From: a virus
Virus record (IMG/VR): IMGVR_UViG_3300042516_004811
Span: 32,001-96,000 of that record
Direction: 5' to 3' (one strand)
DNA length: 64,000 nt
The notes beneath the pieces are model-generated. The model was not told the origin of the DNA. It saw nothing but the letters and a program-made list of their open reading frames with translations, and ran no database searches. The translations under genes were made by a program, and so were the position numbers. Positions within the stretch are counted from its first letter, which is position 1, and each line of letters begins with the position of its first letter. Below, one piece after another: positions 1 to 10,171 of the stretch.

Positions 1-48
1 ATGGCCTATTAGGTTGGCCTAACCTTTGTGGCTTTCCACCACCGTCAA

Positions 49-780
49 TCACTTCCTTGAGTCATTGATTAGCGGTAGGAGGAACCAGCCCCTCTCCCAC
101 ATCATACCGATGGCGGAGTACCCAATGATGTCTAGGTACGTGTCGGTAACACTTTCGTTAGCCGACTCCCCGCCACGGAAGAGGTGAAGATTTTTCAGTC
201 TGGCAATCTTGTCATGGCAGCGCACGAGTAGACCGTCCAGGCCAAACCGACTGATGTTCTCTGGACCGTAGTCAGTCTGCTTACGAATCAGGGTTTGTGT
301 AATTTCTTCGCGGAGCATCCAGCTATCCAGGACGCCGGCCGATGCAGAATTTCCAAAATCTGGATGTTTTGCCATCTGGGCGTCGAGTGCATTCTTCATT
401 AAATCGCTATTTTGAATGCCGGCAGCCGCAGCAATCGAGCCAAGAATTCGCCATTCTTCAACCCAGTACATCGAGTCACTTGAGAACCACTTCAGATTAT
501 TGAGCATTCCCTCGAACTGAATGTCCAGGAGGTGGAGGCCTTCGAGAATATTGTTCAGTTTTTCATCAATACTGTCGACGCCGGCTGAGCTCACAATTCG
601 TCGATTTTCTTCAGAATTTGAAAACGTGGAGACGTGGCCCAAAACCTTATCTACCGAGTCAAAAATCTGACAAACCACAATCTTGGCAGCATCCTGCCAG
701 CGGTCTGGCTGCTGTGGGTTTATGTCTTCCACCACCGTCAACATCTTATCTACCTGTCCCCCATCGGGAAGTCGTCCCAT
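49..780 (-). CDS. Nucleotide modification associated domain 1 (DUF1599-like) protein
   Basis: C-terminal motif RKQTDYGPENI...LLVRCHDKIARLKNL...NESVTDTYLDIIGYS. Confidence 0.7.
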   Translation of the reverse strand: MGRLPDGGQVDKMLTVVEDINPQQPDRWQDAAKIVVCQIFDSVDKVLGHVSTFSNSEENRRIVSSAGVDSIDEKLNNILEGLHLLDIQFEGMLNNLKWFSSDSMYWVEEWRILGSIAAAAGIQNSDLMKNALDAQMAKHPDFGNSASAGVLDSWMLREEITQTLIRKQTDYGPENISRFGLDGLLVRCHDKIARLKNLHLFRGGESANESVTDTYLDIIGYSAIGMMWERGWFLLPLINDSRK

Positions 781-1220
781 TTCTCGGGCGGATTAATCGC
801 TAGCTCCATCTTAACCATCTCGGCCATCTTCTCCAACTCAGCCACCCACAGGTCTTCGCCCTGCGGTTGGAGCCCCGCTCTCTCTTCATCAAGAAACTCC
901 TGAATATCAATTTGCTTCAAGGATTCAATAATGAAGTCGCGAGAAAATGCTGCGATAATAGAATTCTCGCCACCCCCGCGCATGAGCACTGGGCCCGGCT
1001 TATCATCCAGGGCAGAGGCTGGGACGTGAATGCCGGTCACGACGTACGGTCCATCGGTGTACAGAAAAACAATATTGCTTTCCCCGCTATCAATGTCCTT
1101 GAGTTGACTCTTCACTTCATGCACAACTTCCGCAGGCAAACCAGAGGCGTCCAGCATCTGGGTGAATTCCGTCTTTTCTGTACTGATTCGACGATTGATT
1201 GGGTCCTGGTCTTTGCTCAT
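750..1220 (-). CDS. hypothetical protein
   Basis: 156-aa ORF co-oriented with and overlapping the downstream gene. Confidence 0.65.
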   Translation of the reverse strand: MSKDQDPINRRISTEKTEFTQMLDASGLPAEVVHEVKSQLKDIDSGESNIVFLYTDGPYVVTGIHVPASALDDKPGPVLMRGGGENSIIAAFSRDFIIESLKQIDIQEFLDEERAGLQPQGEDLWVAELEKMAEMVKMELAINPPEKWDDFPMGDR

Positions 1221-1319
1221 TTTGTCTCTTTTTCTGTTGTAGGTCTCGAGTAGCTCTACGTGAGCTCGATGGTAGATGTGTCAAATTTTTGATTTTTTAA
1301 ACATGCCGCAGCCGGCCGG

Positions 1320-1640
1320 TCACTTCCGCCCGATAATGCCGAAGTTGAAAAATGGACTAGATGGCTCATCGCGAGATTGTCCAAATTTTGGAAATCCACG
1401 CGGCCCCTGCGGCTCGTCCGCCTCAAGCTCATCTGGTGAAAAAAGTCCACTTTCATGAACTGTTTCGCTGGCCATGAAGATTGCCCCCCAGTAGCGCACG
1501 CCAAGTTCGAAGTCTTCTTCGCTGTCATGAGTGATTCGAATCTTTTCATAATTCTCGTGACTAGTTTCGATGGTGATGTCGATGTGGTAGACGTTCCCGT
1601 CATTGAACGGCGAAAAGTCCATAATTCTTCCAGCTTTCAT
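1320..1640 (-). CDS. hypothetical protein
   Basis: acidic 106-aa ORF, GGAGG RBS, 4-nt overlap with upstream ORF. Confidence 0.6.
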   Translation of the reverse strand: MKAGRIMDFSPFNDGNVYHIDITIETSHENYEKIRITHDSEEDFELGVRYWGAIFMASETVHESGLFSPDELEADEPQGPRGFPKFGQSRDEPSSPFFNFGIIGRK

Positions 1641-1894
1641 ATGGTTGCCTCCTCTTTGATTTCTTTGTTTTTAAAGACCATGAATCCAGGGATAGCGCTG
1701 TGACCCCAATACCTTGGGTCACAAAAAGCAGGTCCCGTAACCCATGGGTGTGAAAACCTTTCGACAGCATTAATGTCCTGGTCCTCAAGGATTTCTGTCA
1801 TCTCTTTCACGGCAGCGGACATAGCCTCTTCTGGAGATTCTGCTATGACGCTTATGCCGACCAAGACCTGGACGGTGTATTGATGTTTACTCAT
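1637..1894 (-). CDS. hypothetical protein
   Basis: 85-aa ORF with purine-rich RBS (AAGGGGAA). Confidence 0.6.
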   Translation of the reverse strand: MSKHQYTVQVLVGISVIAESPEEAMSAAVKEMTEILEDQDINAVERFSHPWVTGPAFCDPRYWGHSAIPGFMVFKNKEIKEEATI

Positions 1895-1909
1895 TTGGTT
1901 CCCCTTGGT

Positions 1910-2083
1910 TTAGTACTCGCAGCGCTGCCCGCCACAGCTTCCATAGTTCTTACAGAAACTCTGGTAATTGATGCAGTCTGGATTACGCGTGTCCTGCTTC
2001 TGGCTACGTGCGCGTTTGCGCTCAGCTTTGGCGCCACGTGACTTGCCGAACTTGTATGTAACAACAGTTCCTAATAGTCCCAT
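1910..2083 (-). CDS. small hypothetical protein with Cys-rich C-terminus (57 aa, not in ORF track)
   Basis: hand translation MGLLGTVVTYKFGK...DCINYQSFCKNYGSCGGQRCEY*. Confidence 0.45.
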   Translation of the reverse strand: MGLLGTVVTYKFGKSRGAKAERKRARSQKQDTRNPDCINYQSFCKNYGSCGGQRCEY

Positions 2084-2199
2084 GGCACTACCTTATCCAC
2101 CACCGCAGATAATTGCAACCTACAAATTAATCACTCCAGTAAATTCAAAATCAAAAGGTTTAGTGACAAGCGAACATGTGTTCGTCTAGTATTCCTAGT

Positions 2200-2574
2200 A
2201 TGGACAACACCACAAAATTCAACATTTATATACAGGCTCTCGAGCAGTACATCGCCCGAGAAGGTAATTCGAAAATCCCGGCAACTTATGTCGAAAAAAT
2301 CGAAAATTCTGACATCTCACTGGGAGCTTGGGTTGGTTACATCCGTCAGAGATACCGCAAGCAAATTCTTTCTGATTCTCGCATCTCACGCCTGGAACAG
2401 ATTTCAGGTTGGCAGTGGGGTCCGTTCCAGCCAGGGCCGGCAACTGATGCTTCAAGAAATGAAACAATTCGCAATATGCGTGCCGCCGGAAAATCACTCA
2501 GAGAAATTGCGGATGAGTTTGATTTGTCTCGGCAGCGAGTTCACCAAATTATCAAGAAACTAAACATCGCCTAG
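2200..2574 (+). CDS. helicase-associated (HA) domain plus C-terminal sigma-region-4-like HTH; putative DNA-binding regulator
   Basis: LEQYIAREGNSKIP..Y...SLGAWVGYIRQRYR...RISRLEQI.GW.W (HA-like) and GKSLREIADEFDLSRQRVHQII (HTH); start moved to ATG at 2200. Confidence 0.75.
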   Translation: MDNTTKFNIYIQALEQYIAREGNSKIPATYVEKIENSDISLGAWVGYIRQRYRKQILSDSRISRLEQISGWQWGPFQPGPATDASRNETIRNMRAAGKSLREIADEFDLSRQRVHQIIKKLNIA

Positions 2575-2621
2575 TACGTGGTCTTCCACCACCGTCAATT
2601 GGTTACCCGTAAGGAGACATC

Positions 2622-2930
2622 ATGCCGTCAAGAAAACCACATTATGGAAATGCCTTCGGGAGTTTCCCCCGTGCGATAACTGACCCGAAATCTACCGGGG
2701 CTCCAACCCGAGGGAAGGTGCAAAAGCACAGCGGGGCTCCAGTCGGAGCGCAGGCATTTGTCGGCTTTCTGTTTATCGTCGTGGTGAACTCGGCGGTGCT
2801 GTGGACTGGCGCACGGATTCTGCGCTCTGCCGAGGTGGTGTCTTGGAGTCTGTCTCTCGTGGAAGTCGTGAGCCTTGCGATTCTGTGGGTCGTGTGGCGA
2901 GCGATAGACCGAGCCACACATCGGCACTGA
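2622..2930 (+). CDS. hypothetical membrane protein
   Basis: AAGGAG RBS; two hydrophobic segments. Confidence 0.55.
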   Translation: MPSRKPHYGNAFGSFPRAITDPKSTGAPTRGKVQKHSGAPVGAQAFVGFLFIVVVNSAVLWTGARILRSAEVVSWSLSLVEVVSLAILWVVWRAIDRATHRH

Positions 2931-3098
2931 CGAGCCATGAGAGCCTGTCTCTCGTAGCCTGCCAGCGAGCCTCTGTGAGTGTCTGTGGAGCCGTGTGCCG
3001 GTCATCCCACACACAGAGCGTGTAGGTCACAAGAACGCATGTCAGAGCCATGACGGATAGAGCCAGTAGTAGGTAGATAAGTGCCATGAGTGTCCCTC

Positions 3099-3338
3099 TC
3101 ACTCGTTCTCTGCGTAATCGTCATCAAGGTTCATGTAGTCGCCCAACACTGCCAGTAAGTCATACTCGCCCATAGTGAGCGTGTCGTAATCCTTGACTGA
3201 CTTCTCAATGCTGTATCTGCTTTCCGTGATTTCTGCGAGCATGCCCGAGTAGTAGCGAACGAGTTTGGAAATCGTTTCACAGAGTTCATCAAGCAGTTCT
3301 TCTTCTCGTTCTTCTTTGGTAGTTGCTTGCGTGTTCAT
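3099..3338 (-). CDS. hypothetical protein
   Basis: 79-aa acidic ORF with GAGG RBS. Confidence 0.6.
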   Translation of the reverse strand: MNTQATTKEEREEELLDELCETISKLVRYYSGMLAEITESRYSIEKSVKDYDTLTMGEYDLLAVLGDYMNLDDDYAENE

Positions 3339-3587
3339 TTCTAATACCTCTTTTTTTGACTCTATCGTTTATGTTCTGACTTATCTACCTGCATTGCCTG
3401 TGTCTCGTGTGTGGTACTAGGTAGATAAGTTGATTTTTTCGCTCGCCGTTGCCAGCCCCCCGATGGGCTTTCCTGAAAAGGAGCAACACAGTCAGCCCAC
3501 CGAGGGGCGAGCATGGTACAGGTAGATAAGTCCACCTGTCACGCCGAGAGCAGTGGGGCTTGCGCCCCACCACTCCTAGCGAGGCTT

Positions 3588-5144
3588 CTAGGTCAGTGAC
3601 CTGCCCATGTGCTTGCGGTAAGTGTCTTGGAACATGTACGCCCACACCGAGCGAGCCTGACCACCAGTGCGCAGTTTGCGCAGTTGCTCAATGGCTTCCT
3701 CAACATGGGGAACCACGATGTAGCCGTGCTTCTGTGCGTACTCAATGCACTGCATGGAAAGGATTTCAGAGAAAGAGTCTCTGTGTCCACACACTCCACC
3801 GTCTGTGACCCACACAAGCGGAGCGTTCTTGCCTTGACGGTTCTCAACGCCCCAAACTATTGCAGGGTAGTCCACGCCGTTTCCGTGTCCATAGTCAATG
3901 TATTCCACATTCTCAACCATGCGACCCTTGTCAGCGATGACCCACATGTTCGGTGCGGTGTCACTGTTCTTGTCGGAATAGATAGCCACCGTTGCGCCCT
4001 TTGCGTTATCCACGATTTCCACGATTTGTTGTGTCGTGAAAGACATGGAACCGCTTGCGTCAATAATGACCATTCCACCCGAGCCACGGATGTTCTTGTC
4101 AAACACACGCTTTGCAGGGTCGGTCATGTATCGGTGCAGTCTGCGAGGACGGCGACCCATGTTGGTCGCAATGCGCTTCTTGCCGATGTTGCCAACATGC
4201 AAGCGAGGCATTGGCTCACGACTCACACGGAGTTCCGACCACTTAGGAGCAGAGCCGTGGTATTCGGTCGGCTTCATGTCCTTGTGCGGATTTCCATTGC
4301 GGTCGCCTTCACCGTCAGGCTCGCCTTCATTGCTTGGAGACTTATCTACCGACTCATCGGCTTCCTCTCCCTTGCCCTCGCTCTTGTCAGAGCCAGCCTT
4401 GCTCTTGCCTTTGTCACCCTTGCGCTCTTTCGGCGGTGGGAACGAGGCGATTCTGTCCACCCACTCTGCGATTCGCTCAGTGTGTGAGAATCCATGCGGT
4501 GCAAGTCCACCGTCACGCTCAACGCCAGTAGAAGCGAGCGTACCTGTGCGGTGCGCTTTCTTCATTTCTCGCATTGCTCGCTTGCCAATGTCCAGCAGAG
4601 CGTCACCCCATGCTCGGTTGTGCCTACGGATTCCAGTCAGGAACTTCTTGTGACCAGCAGTGCCAGCAGTAGCGAAGCAGGTAGCAACCGCACCTGCCCA
4701 GTCATTTGCTTGCGCAAGCCGTTCACCTGCTTCCATTTCACTTCCGTCAGCGAGTTCCGTCTTGATAGGGAAGCCAACATTTTCAGCGAGGTAGTTCATG
4801 CGAAGTTCCTCAACTGCCACCATTGCAGGTGCAGAGGCAACGCCTCGGGCAACCCACTGCTCCATTTGTTCCTCGGTCGGAGACAACTTGGCATGCATAA
4901 GTTCATGCCCTCGGATAGCCCGAGCGAGTTCGGAGTCGGTCGCAGGTGCAAACATCACACGCTTGTCAATGCTCGTGCGAGGCTCACCACGCACAGGTCG
5001 GCAGTTCTCAACTGTCCAACGCTCATGGGCAACATCGTGTCGCCCGAGCAGGTTCGGTTCGGGCTTGTGCGCCCCCACCTCGGACTTATCTACCGAGGTG
5101 GGGAACGCCTTGCCCGACTTGCTTGGAGTCGGTGTGGTGGACAT
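3588..5144 (-). CDS. HExxH metallopeptidase-like / vWA domain protein (CobT-like partner of MoxR AAA+)
   Basis: GHELMH motif, acidic/Gly linker, vWA MIDAS IIDASGSMS and WVTDG; adjacent to AAA+ gene; start trimmed to MSTTPTP. Confidence 0.8.
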   Translation of the reverse strand: MSTTPTPSKSGKAFPTSVDKSEVGAHKPEPNLLGRHDVAHERWTVENCRPVRGEPRTSIDKRVMFAPATDSELARAIRGHELMHAKLSPTEEQMEQWVARGVASAPAMVAVEELRMNYLAENVGFPIKTELADGSEMEAGERLAQANDWAGAVATCFATAGTAGHKKFLTGIRRHNRAWGDALLDIGKRAMREMKKAHRTGTLASTGVERDGGLAPHGFSHTERIAEWVDRIASFPPPKERKGDKGKSKAGSDKSEGKGEEADESVDKSPSNEGEPDGEGDRNGNPHKDMKPTEYHGSAPKWSELRVSREPMPRLHVGNIGKKRIATNMGRRPRRLHRYMTDPAKRVFDKNIRGSGGMVIIDASGSMSFTTQQIVEIVDNAKGATVAIYSDKNSDTAPNMWVIADKGRMVENVEYIDYGHGNGVDYPAIVWGVENRQGKNAPLVWVTDGGVCGHRDSFSEILSMQCIEYAQKHGYIVVPHVEEAIEQLRKLRTGGQARSVWAYMFQDTYRKHMGRSLT

Positions 5145-5145
5145 G

Positions 5146-5868
5146 TCAGCGAACCTTGTCCACTGCGAGAGCGTCAAGAATCTGCTTGGCACGGCGACCA
5201 AAGGTGAGTTCGCAAGCCCTCTCCATTCCGAGAGACTTCCGCAACTTGTCCAGTGCGAGGAACGCACGGAGCGAGATTCGGTCATCACCAGCGTCAGCCA
5301 TGCGCACTGCGTATCCACGCAGGTCGGGAGACAGAGCCAGCAGAGCCGAGGGGTGAGGCTCGTTGATTCGGATTCGGATAGGGAAACGGTCAGCGAGAGC
5401 CGTGGGCAGTTCACCCATGTTCTCAATGTTCGTGGTCATAACGGCAGAGAAGCCGTTGAGAGGACGCAGGATTTCGCCAGTTTCGGGATGCTCGTAGGAA
5501 GCAGACTCGGGAGAGTCAAGCATTGCGAGCAGGGTAGCGAACACATCGCCACCAGCCTTATCTACCTCATCAACGATGAGGCGACCGCCCTTTGCTCCGT
5601 TGCCTTTCCACGCTTTGAGCGCAGAGCCGTCAAGCCACTGGAAGCCACCATTGTTGGACGGCATGAAACCGCCAGTGACATCCATGTTGGTCATGTCCTC
5701 GGTGCAGACGAGGCGGTATGCGCCAGCCTCGGTGTCTCCGAAATGCAGACCTGCGTAGGTCTTGCCGATTCCAGCAGGACCGAACAGGATGATTCGGTCA
5801 ATGCCAGCGTTGAGTGCGTCCTCAACATCTTTCCAGCACTTGGGTAGTGCTTCGGTGGTGGTGTCCAT
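5146..5868 (-). CDS. MoxR/CobS-like AAA+ ATPase
   Basis: Walker A GPAGIGKT, Walker B LIVDEVD, TTN sensor, ALADRF arginine finger; AAGGAG RBS before ATG at 5868. Confidence 0.9.
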   Translation of the reverse strand: MDTTTEALPKCWKDVEDALNAGIDRIILFGPAGIGKTYAGLHFGDTEAGAYRLVCTEDMTNMDVTGGFMPSNNGGFQWLDGSALKAWKGNGAKGGRLIVDEVDKAGGDVFATLLAMLDSPESASYEHPETGEILRPLNGFSAVMTTNIENMGELPTALADRFPIRIRINEPHPSALLALSPDLRGYAVRMADAGDDRISLRAFLALDKLRKSLGMERACELTFGRRAKQILDALAVDKVR

Positions 5869-6196
5869 TGTTTGCTCCTTTGTAAGCGGTTGGTAGGGAC
5901 AGACACACCATACCATGCATGGTTCAGACTTAGTAACTCTTGACAGCCCGACTTATCTACCTACATAGAAGCCTTGCCAGCATTGGCTCTCCGACTTATC
6001 TACCTACATCAGCGCACACCTCTTATGTGGTGCGTTGCAGGTGGCATGTTGGCGCACGGATGATTCTCCGACTTTTCTAGCCGTCCCCCCATGCCTGCGC
6101 CCACCAGCCTGCGCTGGAGCCCCGCACCGCTCGGGCTTACAACGGGGCTCTTGTGGCCGGCGAGAGATTTATTGACTTTTTGACTTATCTACCTAG

Positions 6197-6685
6197 TCAG
6201 TCGCGTTCGTCTTTACTGACGCTCCACAGCCCGCGTTTCACCTTAACGAAAATCGGACTTTCTGAAACGTACTTCAGTGTTGTCTGGTACGAGAACCCAG
6301 ACTGCTCGACCAGTTGCTCGGTTGTGAACTGTTCCCCTCGATGGCCTTGAGCCCACTTGTCAAAGTTTTCCCATTTATTTGCGCGCTTCTGTGGAGCTTC
6401 TTCCTTCTCACGCTTTGAGCTGTACTTGAGGCTGGAGTAACCGAGGTTGTCCAGCACATACTGTGCTGACTCCTCTGATACCGAGTAACTGCGTAATGCA
6501 GAGATAGGCGAGCCACTGCCACCATCTCGCTGCCAAATCTGAACAACGTACATCCCTCGCAAAATCTCGTTTATGCGAGTCACTTCTTCCTTTGGAACTG
6601 CGAACAAGTTCTTGTATTTCTTCTCGGCCTCACCCCACAGTTGTTCGTGGTGGATGTCAATGACCTCACTTGTTATCTGATTCAT
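6197..6685 (-). CDS. hypothetical protein, possible C-terminal winged helix
   Basis: ORF with GAGGAAGG RBS; FTTEQLVEQSGFSYQTTLKYV...F.KVKRGLW. Confidence 0.6.
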   Translation of the reverse strand: MNQITSEVIDIHHEQLWGEAEKKYKNLFAVPKEEVTRINEILRGMYVVQIWQRDGGSGSPISALRSYSVSEESAQYVLDNLGYSSLKYSSKREKEEAPQKRANKWENFDKWAQGHRGEQFTTEQLVEQSGFSYQTTLKYVSESPIFVKVKRGLWSVSKDERD

Positions 6686-6921
6686 GTTTCCTTCCTCGGA
6701 CTTATCTACGTGTCCACCCAGCATGGTAATGGAAAAATCAACTATTTGACAAATGCTAAGTTCCGCCAGGCAAGTCTTCCCCCACCGTCATTGCCTACCT
6801 TCCCTGGTTTTCCGCCGCAGCCGGCCGCAGGTATGTAAAAAAAACGAAAAATTGAACACGGTTTAAGCCCTAGGGCTCAATCCAGCCGGGGCTCCACACC
6901 GCATTGAGCGAGTTGGGGCAT

Positions 6922-6960
6922 AAAAAAGCGAGAGCCACCATCCCCGTCAGATGGTGGCTC
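6922..6960 (-). terminator. intrinsic terminator
   Basis: GAGCCACCATC/GATGGTGGCTC stem with T-tract on the minus strand, downstream of 7010..7228. Confidence 0.7.
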
Positions 6961-7009
6961 CCTACTAGGTAGATAAGAAGAAAGGAAATAAACACTTATC
7001 TACCAGTCC

Positions 7010-7228
7010 TTAGAGGAAGGTGAACTTGTCACCCGCCTCTGATACGAGTCCAAGGCTACTGCCATTATCCCATTTCACAAACACAGTGCCAATGTCATCT
7101 ATGTGGTCAATGGTTCCCTCGTCACCAGCACGGAGCGTGGTGTATGGGTCGGCAGTGAAATCCAGTCTTATCCTTCGCCCGATGTAGTTGTCACGCATTT
7201 CCTTGATGACGGTCATTATGTGCTTCAC
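7010..7228 (-). CDS. DUF4314-like protein
   Basis: GRRIRL...DPYT.L..GDEGTIDHIDDIGTVFVKWDNGSSLGLV...DKF pattern. Confidence 0.75.
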   Translation of the reverse strand: MKHIMTVIKEMRDNYIGRRIRLDFTADPYTTLRAGDEGTIDHIDDIGTVFVKWDNGSSLGLVSEAGDKFTFL

Positions 7229-7374
7229 TTGTCTGCTCCTTCCAGTTGTTCCTCTTGCAGTACGAGAATCCGCATGTCCAACAACATGTCCACCATTTCA
7301 CTAGTAGAGATAATGTCCCTGCCTGAGCAGGACGCTATTGCGTTGTCCAACATCTTGATGAGTTCGGCGTTCAC
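7225..7374 (-). CDS. small hypothetical protein (49 aa, not in ORF track)
   Basis: GTG immediately after the upstream stop; GTGA overlap with the next gene; MNAELIKMLDNAIASCSGRDII... Confidence 0.55.
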   Translation of the reverse strand: MNAELIKMLDNAIASCSGRDIISTSEMVDMLLDMRILVLQEEQLEGADK

Positions 7375-8061
7375 TTATTTACCTTCCTTTCTTGCTCGGG
7401 CAAGAAGGTCTTGGTACTCGGAAGTACGCAGAGCCATTTCCATGTATTGACAGATAGCGATGAGTGTGTCGGGGATTCGCCCAAACTCGCTGTCCTCTTT
7501 TAGTTCGCAGACCTCTGCCTTTGGTTCGGAGAACTGTGGGATTCCTTGGTCGTCGTACTTGTAGGGAGCAACGCTGTGCCACAACTTGTCTGCACCCCAG
7601 TTGATAGCGGTGATGACATGAGCCTCGCACACATCGGTAAATGGATTCTCCTGAAACTCCTTCTGCAAGTCGCCTCGGTTCATGTTCTTCATGTTCGCAC
7701 GACCTTCTTCGGGGTCGGTGAATGAGCGTGTGTAGCCCTCAACAGCGAGGATGATGAAGTCAAACTTGGCAATGGGCATTGCCTTGACCACATCCTCAAT
7801 GCAGTCCACTACATCCTCTTTGTGAATCAGAGGAATCATTGCAAGGTGGTAGGGCTTGCTCAGACCAACTTCCTGCTGGAACTCAACACAGGTGTCGTGT
7901 TCGGGGTTGGTTTCATTGCTCTCAACAGCGATGAGCATAATCGCAGGATTATCGGACATTGGCTCCGACTTGCACATCTCTATCTTGGCAAACTGTGAGC
8001 GAATAATCACATCCTCTACGAGAATCTGACCGTCCCTCTCAATGGCTTCTTTGGTGTTCAC
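7375..8061 (-). CDS. hypothetical protein, apparent paralog of 58147..58788
   Basis: 228-aa ORF with AAAGGA RBS and its own promoter; shared QxAK, EGY, DL...F, V.E, APY motifs. Confidence 0.75.
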   Translation of the reverse strand: MNTKEAIERDGQILVEDVIIRSQFAKIEMCKSEPMSDNPAIMLIAVESNETNPEHDTCVEFQQEVGLSKPYHLAMIPLIHKEDVVDCIEDVVKAMPIAKFDFIILAVEGYTRSFTDPEEGRANMKNMNRGDLQKEFQENPFTDVCEAHVITAINWGADKLWHSVAPYKYDDQGIPQFSEPKAEVCELKEDSEFGRIPDTLIAICQYMEMALRTSEYQDLLARARKEGK

Positions 8062-8167
8062 AGTGTTTCCTTTCTGTGGGTTGGTGGTAATGGAAGCATA
8101 CCATGTATGGTTCAGACTTATCTACTGACTAATGGGGCTATCTCTCCCCAACGGTCAGCAATGTACT

Positions 8168-8374
8168 TCATCCAATAATGGAGTCAGTGGGGATTCCGAG
8201 TGCCTTGCCAAGAGCAACTAGCGTCTCAACGCTTGGCATGAAGTGACCGTTCTCAATGCGATTTACGGTCTTTCTGTCAATGCCAGCCCGAGAAGCAAGT
8301 TCTATCTGTGACCAGCCTGCGTTCTCACGCAGTTCCTTCACTCGCTTACTAATGGTTTCTTGTGTTTTTGTCAT
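8168..8374 (-). CDS. XRE/Cro-family HTH transcriptional regulator
   Basis: VKELRENAGWSQIELASRAGIDRKTVNRIENG...PSVETLVALGKALG. Confidence 0.9.
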   Translation of the reverse strand: MTKTQETISKRVKELRENAGWSQIELASRAGIDRKTVNRIENGHFMPSVETLVALGKALGIPTDSIIG

Positions 8375-8407
8375 GGGGGTTTCTGTTTCTGTGGAGTTAT
8401 CTACTGA

Positions 8408-9121
8408 TTAGACGCTTGGAATGAAGGACTCCACATACCTTCCTTCCTTGCGTTGTCTGTCTGCCTTCCGCTTCCAAACGAGATACTCGTTCATTACGGT
8501 TTCAGCATCTGTGTACATCATGTCTGTGTTGTTGTTGCGCCAGTCGTTATGTGCTTCGTAATACTCATCCCACAGCATGGTTTCGTCTTTTTCTGTTGCT
8601 TCGTCATACAACTTCTGCAAATCTTCTGGCATGCGGTCAGTGTCAAGGCTTCCTTCCTCAACTGTTTCTCCGTTAGCGATTACTTCCCAACCGCAGAACT
8701 GATGACCTTCTTCATCATAAGAAAGCGAGAACACGAGATTCGGAAACTGCTCAGACACAGACTGAATCAACTTCGTTGCAGGTGACCATGCGCTCTCAAA
8801 TCGCACATGAAGTGGATACGAGTTTTCATCGTCTACTTCCACATTGCATGCACCCCACTTTGTTCCCCACTTCTCTATTGCGTCTGCGTATCCGTCAAAG
8901 CCGTCTGACTCCGTGCTTGCGAACACCGAGAATGTGGTGGTCACATCGTTTCCATCTTTGTCCTTGTGTGTGCTGACTTTCTCAATGCTTCCCCTCGGGT
9001 CAAGAGGAACGAGTCTGTTCAGTTCATAGCACTGCTTCGGTTCACGCATTGCGCTGATGAGTTTCCGCAGTTCACGCTTATTGCCAGCGACCAACATGTT
9101 TGTGTAGCACCAGTTAGGCAT
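8408..9121 (-). CDS. DUF1281/YubB-like ferredoxin-fold protein
   Basis: MPNWC..N, WGTKW and F.SAWSP motifs. Confidence 0.75.
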   Translation of the reverse strand: MPNWCYTNMLVAGNKRELRKLISAMREPKQCYELNRLVPLDPRGSIEKVSTHKDKDGNDVTTTFSVFASTESDGFDGYADAIEKWGTKWGACNVEVDDENSYPLHVRFESAWSPATKLIQSVSEQFPNLVFSLSYDEEGHQFCGWEVIANGETVEEGSLDTDRMPEDLQKLYDEATEKDETMLWDEYYEAHNDWRNNNTDMMYTDAETVMNEYLVWKRKADRQRKEGRYVESFIPSV

Positions 9122-9409
9122 GTCCAGTTCCTTTCGGGTTTAGTTCCATGCGATGTACCATACCAGCACAGGGACAAACTTATCTACCTGACTCATCCAC
9201 CACCGTCATTTGGTTTTTGGAGACTTATCTACCTGTCCCCCCGTGCTCCTCGTCTTTCGGTTGGAGAAAGTTCGTAGTTAGATTTATCTAAATGTCCACC
9301 CACACGAGCGACCTTCGGTGTCACGGCGTGAGCCCCGGCGCTGGTCCGTGCATAGCGGGGCTCCAGCTGGAGTTATCAGATTTCAGGGAAAGTTGGTGGA
9401 CTTATCTAC

Positions 9410-9745
9410 TTAGATGGACTCAACAGGAGAAGCGTAGATAAGTTCCGAGTAGGCAATGCGCCAGCCCTCGTCACTACCTTGCCAAGCGATACGGATAATG
9501 TCACGCACTCCACTTAGGTATCGGAACACTGCATCATCGTCAATGCCAAAATCGTCTAGTTCATCACCCACAGGTGGAGCAGAGAAAGAGACATAGGCGT
9601 AAATGTGGTGGCTAGCCTTTTCTTCCCATTTCAGTGCAACATCAGCACCAACCAGTATGCGCCCCTGCGTTGCCGTGTGATACCAGTGTGTGAACATCAC
9701 TGCGATAGTCCACGCACAACGACGCAAAAAGTTATCTACCCACAT
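9410..9745 (-). CDS. hypothetical protein
   Basis: ORF from MWVDNF with AAGGGG RBS. Confidence 0.5.
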   Translation of the reverse strand: MWVDNFLRRCAWTIAVMFTHWYHTATQGRILVGADVALKWEEKASHHIYAYVSFSAPPVGDELDDFGIDDDAVFRYLSGVRDIIRIAWQGSDEGWRIAYSELIYASPVESI

Positions 9746-9962
9746 TGAGTCCCCCTTCCACGGTACGGAGCGTTGCGTCTGCAACGGCGAGAGCAAGTGT
9801 ACGGGCATCAACGCCATGCTCATCAGAAATCCATGGAAATAGATGACCGTCTCGTATGTCATCCCACATGTTGCACATTGCTTCTACTGGCGTGACACCG
9901 AGAGTGTTGTATTCAGTCCATAGGAAGTCTGTGAGTTCGCCCACGCTCATCGGCTCACTCAT
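9732..9962 (-). CDS. hypothetical protein
   Basis: 76-aa ORF with ATGA overlap to upstream gene. Confidence 0.55.
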   Translation of the reverse strand: MSEPMSVGELTDFLWTEYNTLGVTPVEAMCNMWDDIRDGHLFPWISDEHGVDARTLALAVADATLRTVEGGLNVGR

Positions 9963-10171
9963 TGCGCTACTTCTTCTACCTTGATAGTTGAGATACTGGT
10001 GAGGTTCTTGCGGAAGTCAAATGAGAACTTCATTGCCCAGTAATCCAGCATGACGCTCTGCGCTTCTTCGCAAGCCTCTTTGAGTTTCTTGGGAGAGATA
10101 GAGTCGTCAAAAATGATGTCCTCTGAAATCTCTGTACCACGGATTACGCCCGTAACTCTGTACTTTGCCAC
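9959..10171 (-). CDS. hypothetical protein
   Basis: 70-aa ORF; RBS and GTG start are formed by AAGGAAGGTAGATAAGTG. Confidence 0.6.
   Translation of the reverse strand: MAKYRVTGVIRGTEISEDIIFDDSISPKKLKEACEEAQSVMLDYWAMKFSFDFRKNLTSISTIKVEEVAQ

Noticed and set aside
3609-5847. Long plus-strand ORFs (3609..4487, 4494..5207, 4798..5847)
   Set aside because: Antisense shadows of the well-supported vWA and AAA+ genes, with no recognisable motifs.
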